In this document: positions 38,650 through 51,799 of the stretch, one piece after another | How the letters are laid out: every line of letters begins with the position of its first letter | Position numbering within the stretch: the stretch's first letter is position 1 | Assembly: GCF_032191835.1 (NCBI RefSeq) | Contig: NC_083224.1 | Coordinates: 157,728,001-157,792,000, forward strand | Direction of reading: 5' to 3' | DNA length: 64,000 nucleotides | Source: Heteronotia binoei | Lineage: Eukaryota | Program-made: the position numbers and the translations under genes | The notes under the pieces: generated by a model | What the model saw: the letters and a program-made list of their open reading frames with translations, nothing else | What the model was told of the DNA's origin: nothing | Databases searched by the model: none

Positions 38650-41065
38650 AATTATTTATTTATAATTTAGATTTATTAATTGCTCACTACTTGAGTACTC
38701 AGGGCTTTGAGAGATGAAAAGCAACCATAAAAAACATGCAATATCCAAACAGTTCCAGCAATTAAAAAATAATTAAAACAATTTCACAGATATCAATATT
38801 CAGGTGGCATTGACACATCTAATTACAACTATGCCCCCAGCCAAAGGCGGAGTAAAGGGGGAGTGGAAGAGGGGGGAGAGAAAGGAGTACCAGTGAAGAT
38901 GGTGCCCTTTGCTGTCCTCAGCCAAAATCCTGGTGGAACGTCTCTGCCTTGCAAGACCTGCAGAACAGCATAAATGGAACAAGTGGCCAAGTTTGCGGAT
39001 GACACTAAATTGTTCAGGGTGGTGAGAACCAGAGAGGATTGTGAGGAACTCCAAAGGGATCTGTTGAGGCTGGGTGAGTGGGCGTCGACGTGGAAGATGC
39101 GGTTCAATGTGGCCAAGTGCAAAGTAATGCACATTGGGGCCAAGAATCCCAGCTACAAATACAAGTTGATGAGGTGTGAACTGGCAGAGACTGACCAAGA
39201 GAGAGATCTTGGGGTCGTGGTAGATAACTCACTGAAAATGTCAAGTCAGTGTGCGTTTGCAATAAAAAAGGCCAACGCCATGCTGGGAATTATTAGGAAG
39301 GGAATTGAAAACAAATCAGCCAGTATCATAATGCCCCTGTATAAATCGATGGTGCGGTCTCATTTGGAGTACTGTGTGCAGTTCTGGTCGCCGCACCTCA
39401 AAAAGGATATTATAGCATTGGAGAAAGTCCAGAAAAGGGCAACTAGAATGATTAAAGGGCTGGAACACTTTCCCTATGAAGAAAGGTTGAAACGCTTGGG
39501 GCTCTTTAGCTTGGAGAAACGTCGACTGCGGGGTGACATGATAGAGGTTTACAAGATAATGCATGGGATGGAGAAAGAAGTACTTTTCTCCCTTTCTCAC
39601 AATACAAGAACTCGTGGGCATTCGATGAAATTGCTGAGCAGACAGGTTAAAACGGATAAAAGGAAGTACTTCTTCACCCAAAGGGTGATTAACATGTGGA
39701 ATTCACTGCCTCAGGAGGTGGTGACGGCCACAAGTATAGCCACCTTCAAGAGGGGTTTAGATAAAAATATGGAGCACAGGTCCATCAGTGGCTATTAGCC
39801 ACAGTGTGTGTGTATATATAAAATTTTTTGCCACTGTGTGACACAGAGTGTTGGACTGGATGGGCCGTTGGCCTGATCCAACATGGCTTCTCTTATGTTC
39901 TTAAGCCCTGCAGGGCATGGATTTCATTTTGCAGATATTTCCATCAGGCTGGGGCCATGGCAGAGAAAGTCCTGGCCCTGGTTGAGGACAGCCAAATGTC
40001 CTTTGAGCCAGGGATCACCAGAAGTTGTTTTCGGCTGAGTGTAATGCTTTTCTGGGGGGTACCAGAGGTGTGCTGGTCTCAAACCTCTTAAGGCTTTGAA
40101 GATCAGTACCAAAACCTTGAACTTGACCTGGTACTCCACTGGAAACCAATGTAGTTGACACAGCACAGGTTGGATATGTGCTGTCTACGGCACTCCTGTT
40201 AGGACTCACACTGCTGTGTTCTGGATCAGTTGGAGTTTCCAGATCAACCTCAAGGACAGGCCACTGTAAAGCAAGTTACAATCATCCAGTCTGGAGATGA
40301 CCACTTTGTGGATTACTGTGGTTAGGTCAGGATGAGACAGGAAAGGGGCCTGCTGCTGCACTTGCTGTAGATGGAAAAATGCCAGTTTGGCAACATTTGT
40401 GATCTGAGTGCATAGATAAGACCACACCCAAACTCCTGACTGTCAGTGGCACACCATCAAGGATGGGAAGCTGGTATCATAGCCCTGACTCCCCCTCCCC
40501 AGCCAGAGAACCTCTGTCTTAGTTGGATTCAGTCTCAGCTAACTCTTCTTCAGCCATCCCACCATGGCCTCTAGACCCTCAGCCAGATTTTGTGGGGTGC
40601 TATCTGGGCAGCCACCCATTAAGATATAGCTGGTTGTCATCAGTATACTGGTGACAACCCAGCATGAAACTCCACACCAGCTGGGCAAGGAGATACATAT
40701 AGATGTTAAACAACATGGAGAGAGGATAGCCCCCTGAGGAACCCCACATATTAAAAGGTACCTAGTTGACACCCTCTCTTTTACCGCTACATTCTGTCCC
40801 CCACCAAGGAGAAATGAGGTAACCCACTTCATGGATACCCCACAGATTCCCACATCAGTGAGGTGGTGAGTCAAAGGTCATAGTTGACTGCGTCAAATGC
40901 TGCTGTAAGAGCAAGTAATAACAGCAGTGCAAACCTGCCTCAATTCAGCTGTCTGCAGAGATCATTCCTAAGGGTGACCAGCACTGTCTCCGTCCTGTGG
41001 CTGGGGCAGAAACCGAACTGGAATGCAAATGGAATGTGCATAGTACTGTTGAGTAATATTTTCAT
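38650..41065 (-). mobile_element. Old L2 LINE interrupted by CR1
   Basis: GVPQGAILSP, AFFHLQ...VVISRLD, LHWFPVEYQVKFKVLVLIFKAL and WKYLQNEIHAL|..FCRSCK motifs, with an AT-rich tail near 38650. Confidence 0.85.
38984..39902 (+). mobile_element. 5'-truncated CR1 LINE (young)
   Basis: Open frame KFADDTKLF...LEYCVQFWSP...WNSLPQEV...RSISGY*; 3' UTR ending cttctcttatgttctt; AAG duplicated at both ends (38981-83, 39903-05). Confidence 0.97.
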
Positions 41066-44000
41066 TTTATAGCAGTCTTGAAAATAGGTTGCCAGAAGTT
41101 AACAGCCTGTATGTTTTTTACCAGCCTGCCTATACATGGATTTTTTAAATCTATTACAAAATTTAAATGCATTTGATATTCTTTAAAATAATGATATAAA
41201 GACAACTTTTATGGACATAGAAGATTACAAAAATATTGAAAGGAAATCAGCCAGTATCTCTATCCTGACTAACCCCTGCATTTTTACATGGTATTGTTGT
41301 ACTGTTTCAGTGGGGTTTACTTTCATCTAAACATCCATAGGGACTGTGAGCCTGGGAGTAAACTGTATCCAAAAAGCATTTTTAGTATGAGAGTTAGTAA
41401 GACAAAAAGGACAGTTAAACAAGATAAATCAATATTATTAAGCTAGCACAAATAATGAGGTTGTCTTGCCAATTAGGTGTACAAATCCAGTACAAAGGCA
41501 GCCAGGCTATTTGTAAAACTAAGCAGGAGGTGTCCGTTATTTCTGTATCAGTTCTGAATCAAGTACTGAACTGAGTACTACATATGCCATAGAGTTCTTT
41601 ACTTATTTAAAAGGCCAGATTCTGCTGAAGTTAAGGTGCAAGGGCAATCTCTACATCAGTCCTAGCAGATATTTATACTTGCTCTAACATGCCAGGCAAA
41701 TTGTGTTTTGCAAGCCCGTTTTATGCTTAGAATGTTCAACATTATTTGCTACTTTGGGTGACTGTCTCCTGTGAATGTTTTGCCTTTTTGTACAAGCAAG
41801 TTGTATTTTATCTTTTAGCTATAATAATAGCACAGGCAAAATAGTTTGAATGTTCTGAGTAAAGTGGACTGTGTGTGGTCTCTGTGCTGTAAGGTAATGC
41901 ATCACACAGTGAAATTTAGCTTTCTAGGTTTTTTTTAAATGGCATAAACTGAGTGTATTTATTTAATGGCTTGCATCTGACCTGCACAATTTATGGTCCC
42001 TTATGTGAACACAGCCTACTAGCTGCTGCCTGAGAAGCTACAATACATGGATCGTGGCCATTGTCTTTGAGAGTGAACAAAATTCATTTGACACTGCCAA
42101 GCACATCTGTTTAATCTGGAATGAAATTCATTCTGGTATCAGCAGGAGTCACCTCTTTTCTCCAGAGCATAGAGAAAAGTGGATATTCTGGCATCACAGA
42201 GGTTCAGAAGCAGTTGAAAATAGCTGTTTACTATGTCTCCAGCTATGCTGAGGCAGTTACAGGTATCGGTGGCCTTCCAAGGGACTCCAAAATGTAGTGT
42301 TAACATCATAGATAGGACTCTGTATATCCCTGTCTCTGCATGGGGACAGGGTTGGTGACAAGCTCAAATTCTGGCTGATTACTAAGGCCATCCCAAATTC
42401 ATAGACTCTTGAGGATTTGAGGTAGGTTAACAACTGAGCAGCCCTACTTTAAGTAAACAAAATGTTTGAGATTTCTGCTAATATCCATAGGGGTTTGTGC
42501 TTTCATTTGTTGAAATTTAAGTGATATTAGGCAGATTTTGGTGGGTGCTTGTTACTGATAGGAAGGTTTCAACTTTGCAAAGACAAGCTTTCTACAATTT
42601 TGGTTAGCAGTCTGTTGGCTGATCTTGTTCAAACTTAGTAAGTGCTTAAGCAAAATGTCATGAGCATCTATTAGTGCCCTTTTATTGTATTTAATTATTT
42701 GCTGCAGTATGCTGTAAGTCAGAGAGGGACCTTTCTTCTGAGACTTGGATAATTTTTGGAAGCTCTCCAATTCAGCATGATGAGCTGCTGGGGGAAAATG
42801 AAAGTGAAGACACTGCTGGAGATTCTTGCTCAGATTTTCTGTCATGTAATTTATGTTTAAAAAAAAAACAGCCATTGATGAGGGGCCCAGTTTGGATAAG
42901 GACTCATGTGTTGGGCTAAGTAGACATATTAAGGGCACATTAATAATCTCACTTATTTCCCAATGTTTATCTTGATTAGTAAAACATTAAGAAGTGTATT
43001 TTCATAGGGCGTTGTAAACTAGAGTTGAAGGCCCAGAGGAAGTTGATTCACAATGGAAAGCTTTCATCAGTGTGTCTTTTAGCACAGTTGCCAAGTAAGG
43101 CAGTCATCTCCATTCACTTCCTTGGTAACCAAATCGATATGATGGTCAAAACAATTTTGGACAAAAAAAACAGTTTGGAAAACATCATGACTTTTAGTTA
43201 TAATAATCTGTTCACTCTTTTGCAGTAAATGATTATTTGCTGCAAGTAAATCATAATGACTATTATTATTATTAATGTGCAGGTTTTACTTATTAAATAA
43301 CATATAGCTTACTTTTCAGTTTTAACAAGTTACCAAGGCAGGGACTACAACTCAGTTTGTATCTAGGCCCTTTTTTTAAAGCAGTAGTGAGATTCCATGT
43401 AGGGTGGTCATTATCAGATACGATGGGATCCTTTGAGTGCCTTGATGGAATAACTGATGCTTTCAGAATGACTTTTCTTGCAGCCATTAAAACTTGCAGA
43501 AGTGCCATATAACAAAATTAAATGTTAATAGCCTGATGCATTTATATAGATCTTCTTGTGAGGAAAATCTGATATCCTGTTTCACAAATCTAAGCTAAAG
43601 TGCAATGGGCATCATGCCAGAAGTGATTTCAAAAATGTGTCCTGTCTCTAAAGATTTGGATATAAGCTCTCTTGTCCTTGATACCTCTTCTTGAAACATC
43701 ATCACATTGGAGCTAAGATAACCTACATCTTCCAAATTCTTCCTGCTTCCTTATATACCCTACATGTTAACTGTGCTATGTGTTACAATTTGGAAATCAT
43801 AGAATGTGTAAGTAATATATGCATATGCTTGGCTTTTAAACTCCAGTGTACACTGATTACTTTCACTCATTGAGGGGAAATGCCCATACATGTGTAGCAA
43901 ATACCATATAGTGGTGCTGCAAATAACTATGCCAATAATGCTTGCGGAGGGGCTGTGTTCTGTGAAATGTGCTTGCTAGTAGTGCAGGCTTTTCTAATGG

Positions 44001-44602
44001 ATATTTAGTTTTAAATTTACTTCTGTCTTTTTCTAGGAACTTAGGAAGGAAAGATTTATCTTGGTGGTCATAGTTTTCTAGGTGCAATCCAGTCTGGACA
44101 TTTCTACTATGTTGCTGTCTTCATGCTGACAAGGAAATTTCAAACTAACTTCACAGAATATTGTGTCTGCCTGATTTGCAAGGCCATGCTCAGGAACTTC
44201 CGACAAACAGAAAAATTCACACAAGTGTTCTGTATGCATGCAAAGCTCCACTTTCTTTCGTTTCAGCCTCAGTACCAGCTGTCACACTTCATAGCTGCTG
44301 ACTCTGAAACACTGGCTTGTTATAACCTAGATTTCAGTAGCCTCATTATATCAGTTTGCTGCTGACTGGCTGGCAGTATAGAAAGCCAGTCATCTTACTG
44401 TTACCTGTTTTGTTTTTTACTTTTGATAAACTGACATTTTTTCTCAGTTGCTCTCTCTCTCTCTCTGGAAGTCTAAATTTCCCTGTCTAATCTCCTTCCA
44501 TATAGGAAGCTCATGGTCTGTGGGTGGATGGATATTGATTGTGTGTAATTGTATTGTGTGACTACCAGCAAATTCAAGTCAAAATAATGTATTCAGAGCT
44601 TC

Positions 44603-44879
44603 TGTTGTGTCTTCCAATGCGGTCCAGAAGTTACTGCACAGTGACGCTACAGAGGTGACCAGAGGAAGTCCACTGGTCGCTCGATGTAGCGCGTGAAACT
44701 ACCCCGCCAATCAAGATCTGTGGCGGGAAGTTTGACTGGCCAGGATTGGACCTGGCCAGATGGAAGGTTGTTCCCGGGGTTTGTATATATAGCGGGACCC
44801 GGCCTGCATTTTTCTCTTGTGATGTACCCGCTAATAAAGTATGTTGCCTTCAACACGTCTCGTCACTCAGTACATTACA
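44603..44879 (+). mobile_element. Solo LTR of the Gypsy family at 15293-20002
   Basis: 277 bp, TGTTGTGTC...CATTACA, perfect 5-bp TSD GCTTC (44598-44602, 44880-44884). Confidence 0.95.
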
Positions 44880-44963
44880 GCTTCCAAAAAATTAGGGGGG
44901 AAACAGAGTCCCAAACTGAAAAACCAGGCATAGCTCTTTAGTTGTATATCTTACCATGGTGGT

Positions 44964-47900
44964 TAAGAAAATAAGCTGTGCTGGATCAGACCAGTGGTCC
45001 ATCTAGTCCAGTATCCTGTCTCACACAGTGGCCAACCAGTTCTTCAAGATGGACAACAGGACATAGAGGCCTAGGCCTCCTGGCTCTGGGATTCGGAGGA
45101 TTAGTGCCTCTGAATGTGGAGGTTCCCTTCAGCCACCATAGCTAGTAGCCTTTGGTAGACTTATCCTCCATGAATCTATCTAATCCCCTTTTAAAGCTAT
45201 TTATTCCTGTGGCCATCACTACATCCTCTGGCAGTAAATTCCACATTTTTATCACTCTCTGTGTAAAGTAGTATTTTCTTTTGTCCATTCTGAACCTACT
45301 GCCATTCATTTCATTGGATGCTACCAAGTTCTAGTATTTTGGCAGAGGGAGAAAAAATTCTCTCTCCACCCCATGCATAATTTTATAAAGCTCCACCATG
45401 TCCTCCCACTGCAGCAGATGGACGGGTTTACAAATTTCACTCTTGGGTAGAGTGGCAACAATTAAAATGAACATATTGCCTAGAATTTTGTTCCTTTTTC
45501 AGATGATCCCAATTATTTTGCCAAAGATATTCTTCCACCAGCTCAACAAAATGATTTCAGAATTTATATGGCAGGGTAAGAAGCCCAGAATTAAGCTTAA
45601 AGTGCTACAAGACTGTAAATCTAGAGGAGGCTTCTCACTTCCGGACTGGACATTATATTACAAAGCATGCTGTATTGTATGGCTCAAAGACTGGCTAACT
45701 TTGGAGAACAAAAGACTGCTGACCAGTGAGGGAGCAGGATTAGAGAGAGGCTGGCACAACTACCTTTGGTACCAAAACCCATCCAAGGGTAGTTTTTTTT
45801 TAAGACATGAAATTAGAAAATCTTTATTTAGAGTGTGGATTGAGATTAAGAGTAAGTATGCATATACTCCCTTATGGTTGTCGCCTATTGAGGCTTCCAC
45901 GCATCCAAATCTGTTTAATTGGGAAAGTTCTAATACATATGGAGACTTATTAGATAATCAAAATAACTTGAAATTGGAGGAAATTGGTAATTTAGACTGG
46001 TGGTTGCAATGCCAAGTTAAATCCAAATACCAATTGGACAAAGAAAAAGGTTTTCCGAAAAAATCAAAATTAAATGAGTTGGATCGATTATTGTAAATCA
46101 AACCAAAAGTTATTTCTAATGTGTATAAATGGTTGCTTCAGGACAAAATGCAGGGTGAAGTAGTCAAAGAAGCTTGGATAAATTGGCTAAAAGACTTTGG
46201 GTACAATATAGAATTAGATGAGTGGGATAAATTATGGAAACAAAACCTTAAACTGACAAGATCTACGGTCTATAAAGAGAATTTGTATAAAATGGCATAT
46301 CGCTGGTATCTTACCCCAGTACGTTTGGCAAAGATATACCCTGACTACTCCAACAAATGCTGGAAGTGTAAAAAAACTAAAGGATCCATGTACCATATAT
46401 GGTGGCAATGCGACTATGCTAAAAAATACTGGGCTTTAATTAGTACATGGATCAAAAAAATTCTTGAAATTAACTTACCCCACGTGCCAGAATTGTACCT
46501 TTTAAGCATCTGTAGAAATAACCTCCCTAAATCTGCCAGTAAATTATTATTACATATTGTTACTATAGCCAGAATTCTCTATGCTAAATACTGGAAGACA
46601 TCCTTAATTCCAAACAAAGAGGAATTTATTGCAAAATTATTAGAAGCCGCAGAGATGGATATGTTGACTACAAGATTACGAGAGGGTAATATGCAGAAAT
46701 GTAGTGAGATGTGAAATCCAGTCTATCTTTGGGTGAAAGGAAAAGGTGTAAACTTGGAACAATAGAGCTTGTAAACTGATGACCCCAAATGCTCCTTGTA
46801 TGATTGGGGATCTTGGAGTGATGTTAACTTGGTATAGGTTAGTCTGCTGTATGAATGTATGATTGTTATTAGTGTTATTATTGTTATTTTTGTGTTTCTA
46901 TACTGAGTTGTCTTGTTGTCCTTTTTGTTTTGCTTTATAATAAAAACTGTAAATTGAAAAAAAGAAAAGAAAAAATTCTCTCTCCACCCCATGCATAATT
47001 TTATAAAGCTCCACCATGTCCTCCCACTGCAGCACACTGGGTTGACACTTTCATTGAACTATGCACTACAACCCAAAGATCTTTTTTCCCTCTCAGTCTC
47101 AGCAAGTTCAGACCCCATTAGCCTATACTTGTTGGGATTTTTTGTCCCATTCTGCATCATCTTACACTTAGCAACAGTGAACTTCATTTGCCACATTGTC
47201 AACTACTCACCAAGTTTGTGGAAGTTCTCTTGGAGCTCTTCACAGTCAGCCTTGGTTTTCACCTTCCTGAATAAGTTTGTCATCTGCAAACTTGGCCACT
47301 ACACTACTCACCCCTAATTCCAGATCGTTCATGAATAAATTAAATGGTACCAGCCCCAATACCTATCCTTGTGGGACCCACTGCTTACTTCCCTCCAGTG
47401 TGAGAACTGTCCATTGATTCCTACTCTTTGCTTCCTGTCATTTAATTAGTTTTTAATCCATAAGAGAATTTATTCTCTTATCCCATGACTGCTAAGTTTG
47501 TTCAGGAGTCATTGGTGAGGTACCTTTTCTAGGTATATATTGTGTACTGGGTCAATATTATCTACATGCTTGTTCACTTTCTCAAAGAACTCCAAAAGGC
47601 TGATGAGTCAGAACTTCCCTTTGTGGAAGCCATGCTGATTTGCTTTCAGCAGACTTTGTCTCTCAATGTGCCTAACAATTCTCTTTTTGATTACAGTTTC
47701 TACTAATTTGCCTGAGACAGATGTTAGGCTGACTGGCCTGTAAATTCCTGGATCCCCCTGGATCCCTTTTTAAAAAATGGTGTCACATTTTCTCAGTCTT
47801 CTGGTACAGCAGCTGAATTTAGTGATATGTTACATGCACATGTTAGTCGATCAACAATCTCACATCTGAGTTCCTTAAGAACTCTCAGGTGTGTGCCATC

Positions 47901-48075
47901 AGAACCTGGAGACTTATAGGTTTTTAGTTTCCCAAGTAGGTCTGGAATTTCCTCTCTGATCACCTCAATTTGGCTCAGTTCTCCAGACTCCCTTCCTGAA
48001 ATATGGGCTATGGCAACTGTACGTGCCCGCCCACACTTTCCATAGTGAAGACAGAACACAGGTTCTAATTTTTTT
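44964..48075 (-). mobile_element. Older CR1 LINE, split by an L1 insertion
   Basis: 3' UTR at about 44964-45140, DKRKYYFTQRVIKMWN frame, KFADD region near 47290 and KSPGSDG.HLRVLKEL near 47900. Confidence 0.88.
45417..46967 (+). mobile_element. 5'-truncated L1 LINE with 67-bp TSD
   Basis: ORF2 C-terminus GRVATIKMNILPRILFLFQMIP...GGFSLPDW..YY...CWKC...HIWWQC, with one in-frame TAA at 46094 and TGA at 46712; AATAAA and A-rich tail; flanked by identical 45350-45416 / 46968-47034. Confidence 0.95.
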
Positions 48076-48622
48076 TTCTGCCAGAAATTTGCCATTTCAA
48101 TTATTTAATTAAATAGGATTATCTTCTTTGTAAAGTTTTGACTTGTAATTACATGTACTTGCACAGAAATTGTAGTCCAATTTAAAGAGAATTCATGCAT
48201 TTTGATAGATGGCTGGCTTCATACCTTAAACTGTTTCCACATCTGCTACATGTCCAATGTTGGTGTGTCAGCCTGGAGTCATCTGAAAGTCAGTACACAG
48301 TGCTGCAGTTATTTTTACTCCTGTTGCAGACAACGATCCATGTCACAACCCTGATCCAGGCCTTTCTCTTGTTATTATACCACTTTACCAATAACAAGTG
48401 CCCGAGGCTGGGGAATTCTGCGCTACCCACCATTCGCACTCTCCTTTTATATTACTTTTGTGTTATATTATATTAGGTTCACTGACCCCCTTTAAGTGTG
48501 TGAGGTGAAGTGGATTTGTTTAAATTAGTATACCTACTTTGACACACATACAGGATTCCTTAATCCTGACCCAAAGAGCACATCAACCATAAACCCAGAC
48601 TCTGCTTCCCTGGACCCTACAG

Positions 48623-48673
<51 letters not shown>

Positions 48674-48704
48674 TGTATGTATGTATGTATGTATGTATGT
48701 ATGT
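48623..48704. repeat. Compound (AT)n(GTAT)n microsatellite
   Basis: Read directly from the sequence. Confidence 0.95.
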
Positions 48705-49499
48705 TTGGTTGGTTGGTATCATGATGTATAATTTCTTCCCCCTCCAGCCTGCTAGCAGACACAGTTTATTCTTTCAGCAGCTTTTAATATTAAGACAGTT
48801 AACTAGACAGTTTGAACAATCCAACTGCTTTTGTTTGTTTTTGTTGGCTGATGGCAGTTAATCTGCCACAGATTACACACACACACACCCATGCTATTCA
48901 GCCATTTTCATCCAGTTGGTTCTTACTGAACAGGGAGAAAACAGCAGAACTTTCTCCCACATGACATTTTGCAGTGGGTGTTTTACATTTTAACAGTTGT
49001 CCTGCTGGTACTGTTGTGTGGATCTGATTTACTCCATCTCTGTCAAATTATACATACTTTGTAACAAACTCTGTTTTTGTTCTGCATAATGAGTGAAAGG
49101 GGCTGCGCTGTGGTTTAAAATTCAACAACAAAAAGCTATTTGAGTGTGCTCATTAAGACTTAAGTATCCTTCAGAATCTGAGAAAGCTAATGGGGTGTTC
49201 TTTAAAAATGCAAAAGCATACACAAATGGCCTTTCCCTGGTAATTTTCCCCCACAGAACTGTTTGTTTCAGGGAAGCACTTTTCATAAGGGAAACACTTC
49301 TGTTGTACCAGTATCTCATTCTCTGTTCCATTCAACTAGGGGAGTGGCCATGTTGTTGCTGCTTCTTTTAATGAACTGGGATGCAATTATCCCACTGTAG
49401 TACGGACCATTAGATGCCAAATATAAATTATCATGTTCCTGGTCCTGGATTTGGCCTTGTGCAATCTAGTATCTTCTGCAGGCAAGAAAGCATCTTGAG

Positions 49500-49620
49500 A
49501 GCCAGTGTGTTATGTAATGATTGGACTGCTAGGATCTGGGTTCAAAGTCCCACTCTGTCAAGGTTCCACTCTGCCTTGGGCCATTCACACACATTCAGCC
49601 TAACCAACCTCACAATGTTT
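49500..49620 (+). mobile_element. Degenerate MIR-like SINE
   Basis: ctaggatctgggttcaaagtccc and cagcctaaccaacctcaca match the 11865 copy. Confidence 0.5.
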
Positions 49621-49698
49621 TGTGTGTGTTTGTGAAGTGCTATCAAGTTGCTTCTAACTTTTGATGACCCTACAAATTGATGGCCTCCAAAACCTCCT

Positions 49699-51500
49699 AA
49701 AATATATATATCAAATCTGACACTGGGCAATAACACAAGGAATTAAAGTCCCATGTAGATAATTTCTTAGCCTAGTTCTCCATACGAAGACCCAGATGCT
49801 TTAATTTTTCCATTTCAATTTGATCATACCAATCTTCCATAGTGGTTAGGCTAAAGAAATTAATATTAATAAATTATAATTATTATTACACAGAAATGAA
49901 TTCACAATTATGATAAATTTTGCAAGCATGCAGGCTAACTTCATATAATGATGTTGACCTTCACATCACAATTCTGTTCCACTTAATTCTTATTTCTGTT
50001 ATGTACAACAAATTACAAATATTGAAATTAATCAATACAAAAAGGCAGCCTGATATTGGCAAAACAATTATATCAATTATATCTCTACCCGGGAGAAATG
50101 ATTACACAGGCCGAATTAAGGGTGGATCTTAAAGAACAGAAATTACTTTTTGAAAAACCTGTGGTGGAAAAGGGACCGAAACAGATAAATTGGGCAGTGG
50201 ATTATACTCTGAGAGCTAATAGGATAAAACACATAATTAATAAATATTGGCACATTTTGGGCAATGTTCCAGGATGTGAAGTAAAACCTAGAATTCTGAA
50301 GAACAACAAATATAAAAGACACTTTAATTAGAGCAGATGTGTTTCAAGAAAGTAAGCAAGTGCAGGCAATTACAGAAATGAAAAAATGAGGACGCTGCTC
50401 ATTGTGCGCTCAACTATGGGTGGTGAATAGGGTTACAATTCCTAAAGAGCGTTTTGAATTGGAGATTAAAGCTTATAACAATGCAATGTTGCATTTATTT
50501 ATTAATATTCAAATGTGACCTTGTATATATAGGAATGTCTACCAGAAGCATTAGGACACGTAAAACACAAATCTAAAATTAGAAGAGGAGAGGCAGATAA
50601 TCTGCTTGTCCACCATTTTAAAATAATGCAGCATACAGTGGAAGACTTTAGTTTTATGGTATTAGAAACAAACAAGGAACACAAATACAATGGAACTGAC
50701 TATCAAGGAGCTTTATTAAGAATGGAATCTTATTACATACATCGTGTAAACACCTTAACACCGAACAGACTTAACCAGAATGTAGATTTTTCATGTTTTC
50801 TGTAGGTACATTGGTACTGTCACTTTAAGAATAAGCCAAGGATGATTCCTGAGTATGTAGTTAATTAGAGCTATGTAATAGGAGCTAAGACATCTCTGAC
50901 TCTATGGAATGATTCTGGATACGAGCTGAGAAGAAAGGGTGAGTGATTACATACGTTTTTTGAATTAAATTGAATAAAATAAATATTAGATACAATTGTA
51001 ATACATAATGTTTATTTTATTATATGCAGAATAAAGAATAAACATAAATAGGATTCTTTGGTGTCCAGACATAAAATAGAATGAAATAAAGAGAAAAAAT
51101 ATAAATAAGGTTAGCCCACATACATCAGTAAAATTAATTTTGATTGTACTGATTAATTTCAATATTGTTAGTTAATATGAATTTGTAATTTGTTGTACAT
51201 AACAGAAATAAGAATTAAATGGAACAGAATTGTGATGTGAAGGTCAACATCATTATATGAAGTTAGCCTGCATGCTTGCAAAATTTATCATAATTGTGAA
51301 TTCATTTCTGTGTAATAATAATTATAATTTATTAATATTAATTTCTTTAGCCTAACCACTGTGGAAGATTGGTATGATCAAATTGAAACGGAGAAATTAA
51401 AGCACCTGGGTCTTCATATGGAGAACTAGGCTAAGAAATTATCTACGTGGGACTTTAATTCCTTGTGTTATTGCCCAGTGTCGGGTTTGATATATATTTT
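49699..51500 (+). mobile_element. Penelope-like element (Neptune-type) with inverted pseudo-LTRs
   Basis: Arms 49699-50040 and 51144-51500 are about 97% inverted copies; spacer has INKYWHIL, decayed (C)GRCSLC Zn finger at 50387-50407, CIYLL..CDLVYIGMSTRSIRTR (YIG at 50526-50534) and C-terminus ESYYIHRVNTLTPNRLNQNVDFSCFL* (stop 50803-50805). Confidence 0.88.
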
Positions 51501-51518
51501 TGGTTATCCAGGTTATCC

Positions 51519-51715
51519 CTAGAGAGGATGTTAGGAAAGACAGAAGGCAAAAGAAGAAGGGGACGACAAAAGATGAGATGGCTGGACAGTGTTACTGATG
51601 TAACAAACACGAATTTGAGCAGACTTCAGAGGATGGTAGAAGACAGGGGGGGCTGGCGTGACTTTGTCCATGGGGTCGCAAAGAGTCAGACTCGACTGTG
51701 CGACTGAACAACAAC
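51519..51715 (+). mobile_element. BovB/RTE LINE 3' end
   Basis: LERMLGKTEGKRRRGRQKMRWLDSV...WRDFVHGVAKSQTRL and (CAA)n tail. Confidence 0.9.
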
Positions 51716-51799
51716 ACCATTGTATAATTACCGACATTCCATATTGATTGGAATTCCATATATACTCCAAAAGTATGATTCCATATATACTCCAAAAGT

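Noticed and set aside
38974-39798. 274-aa ORF as a functional gene
   Set aside because: It is a 5'-truncated CR1 lacking most of the RT; the Met comes from the flanking L2 sequence.
45398-46714. 232-aa and 197-aa ORFs as two genes
   Set aside because: They are one L1 ORF2 frame split by a single stop, and the first Met lies in the TSD.
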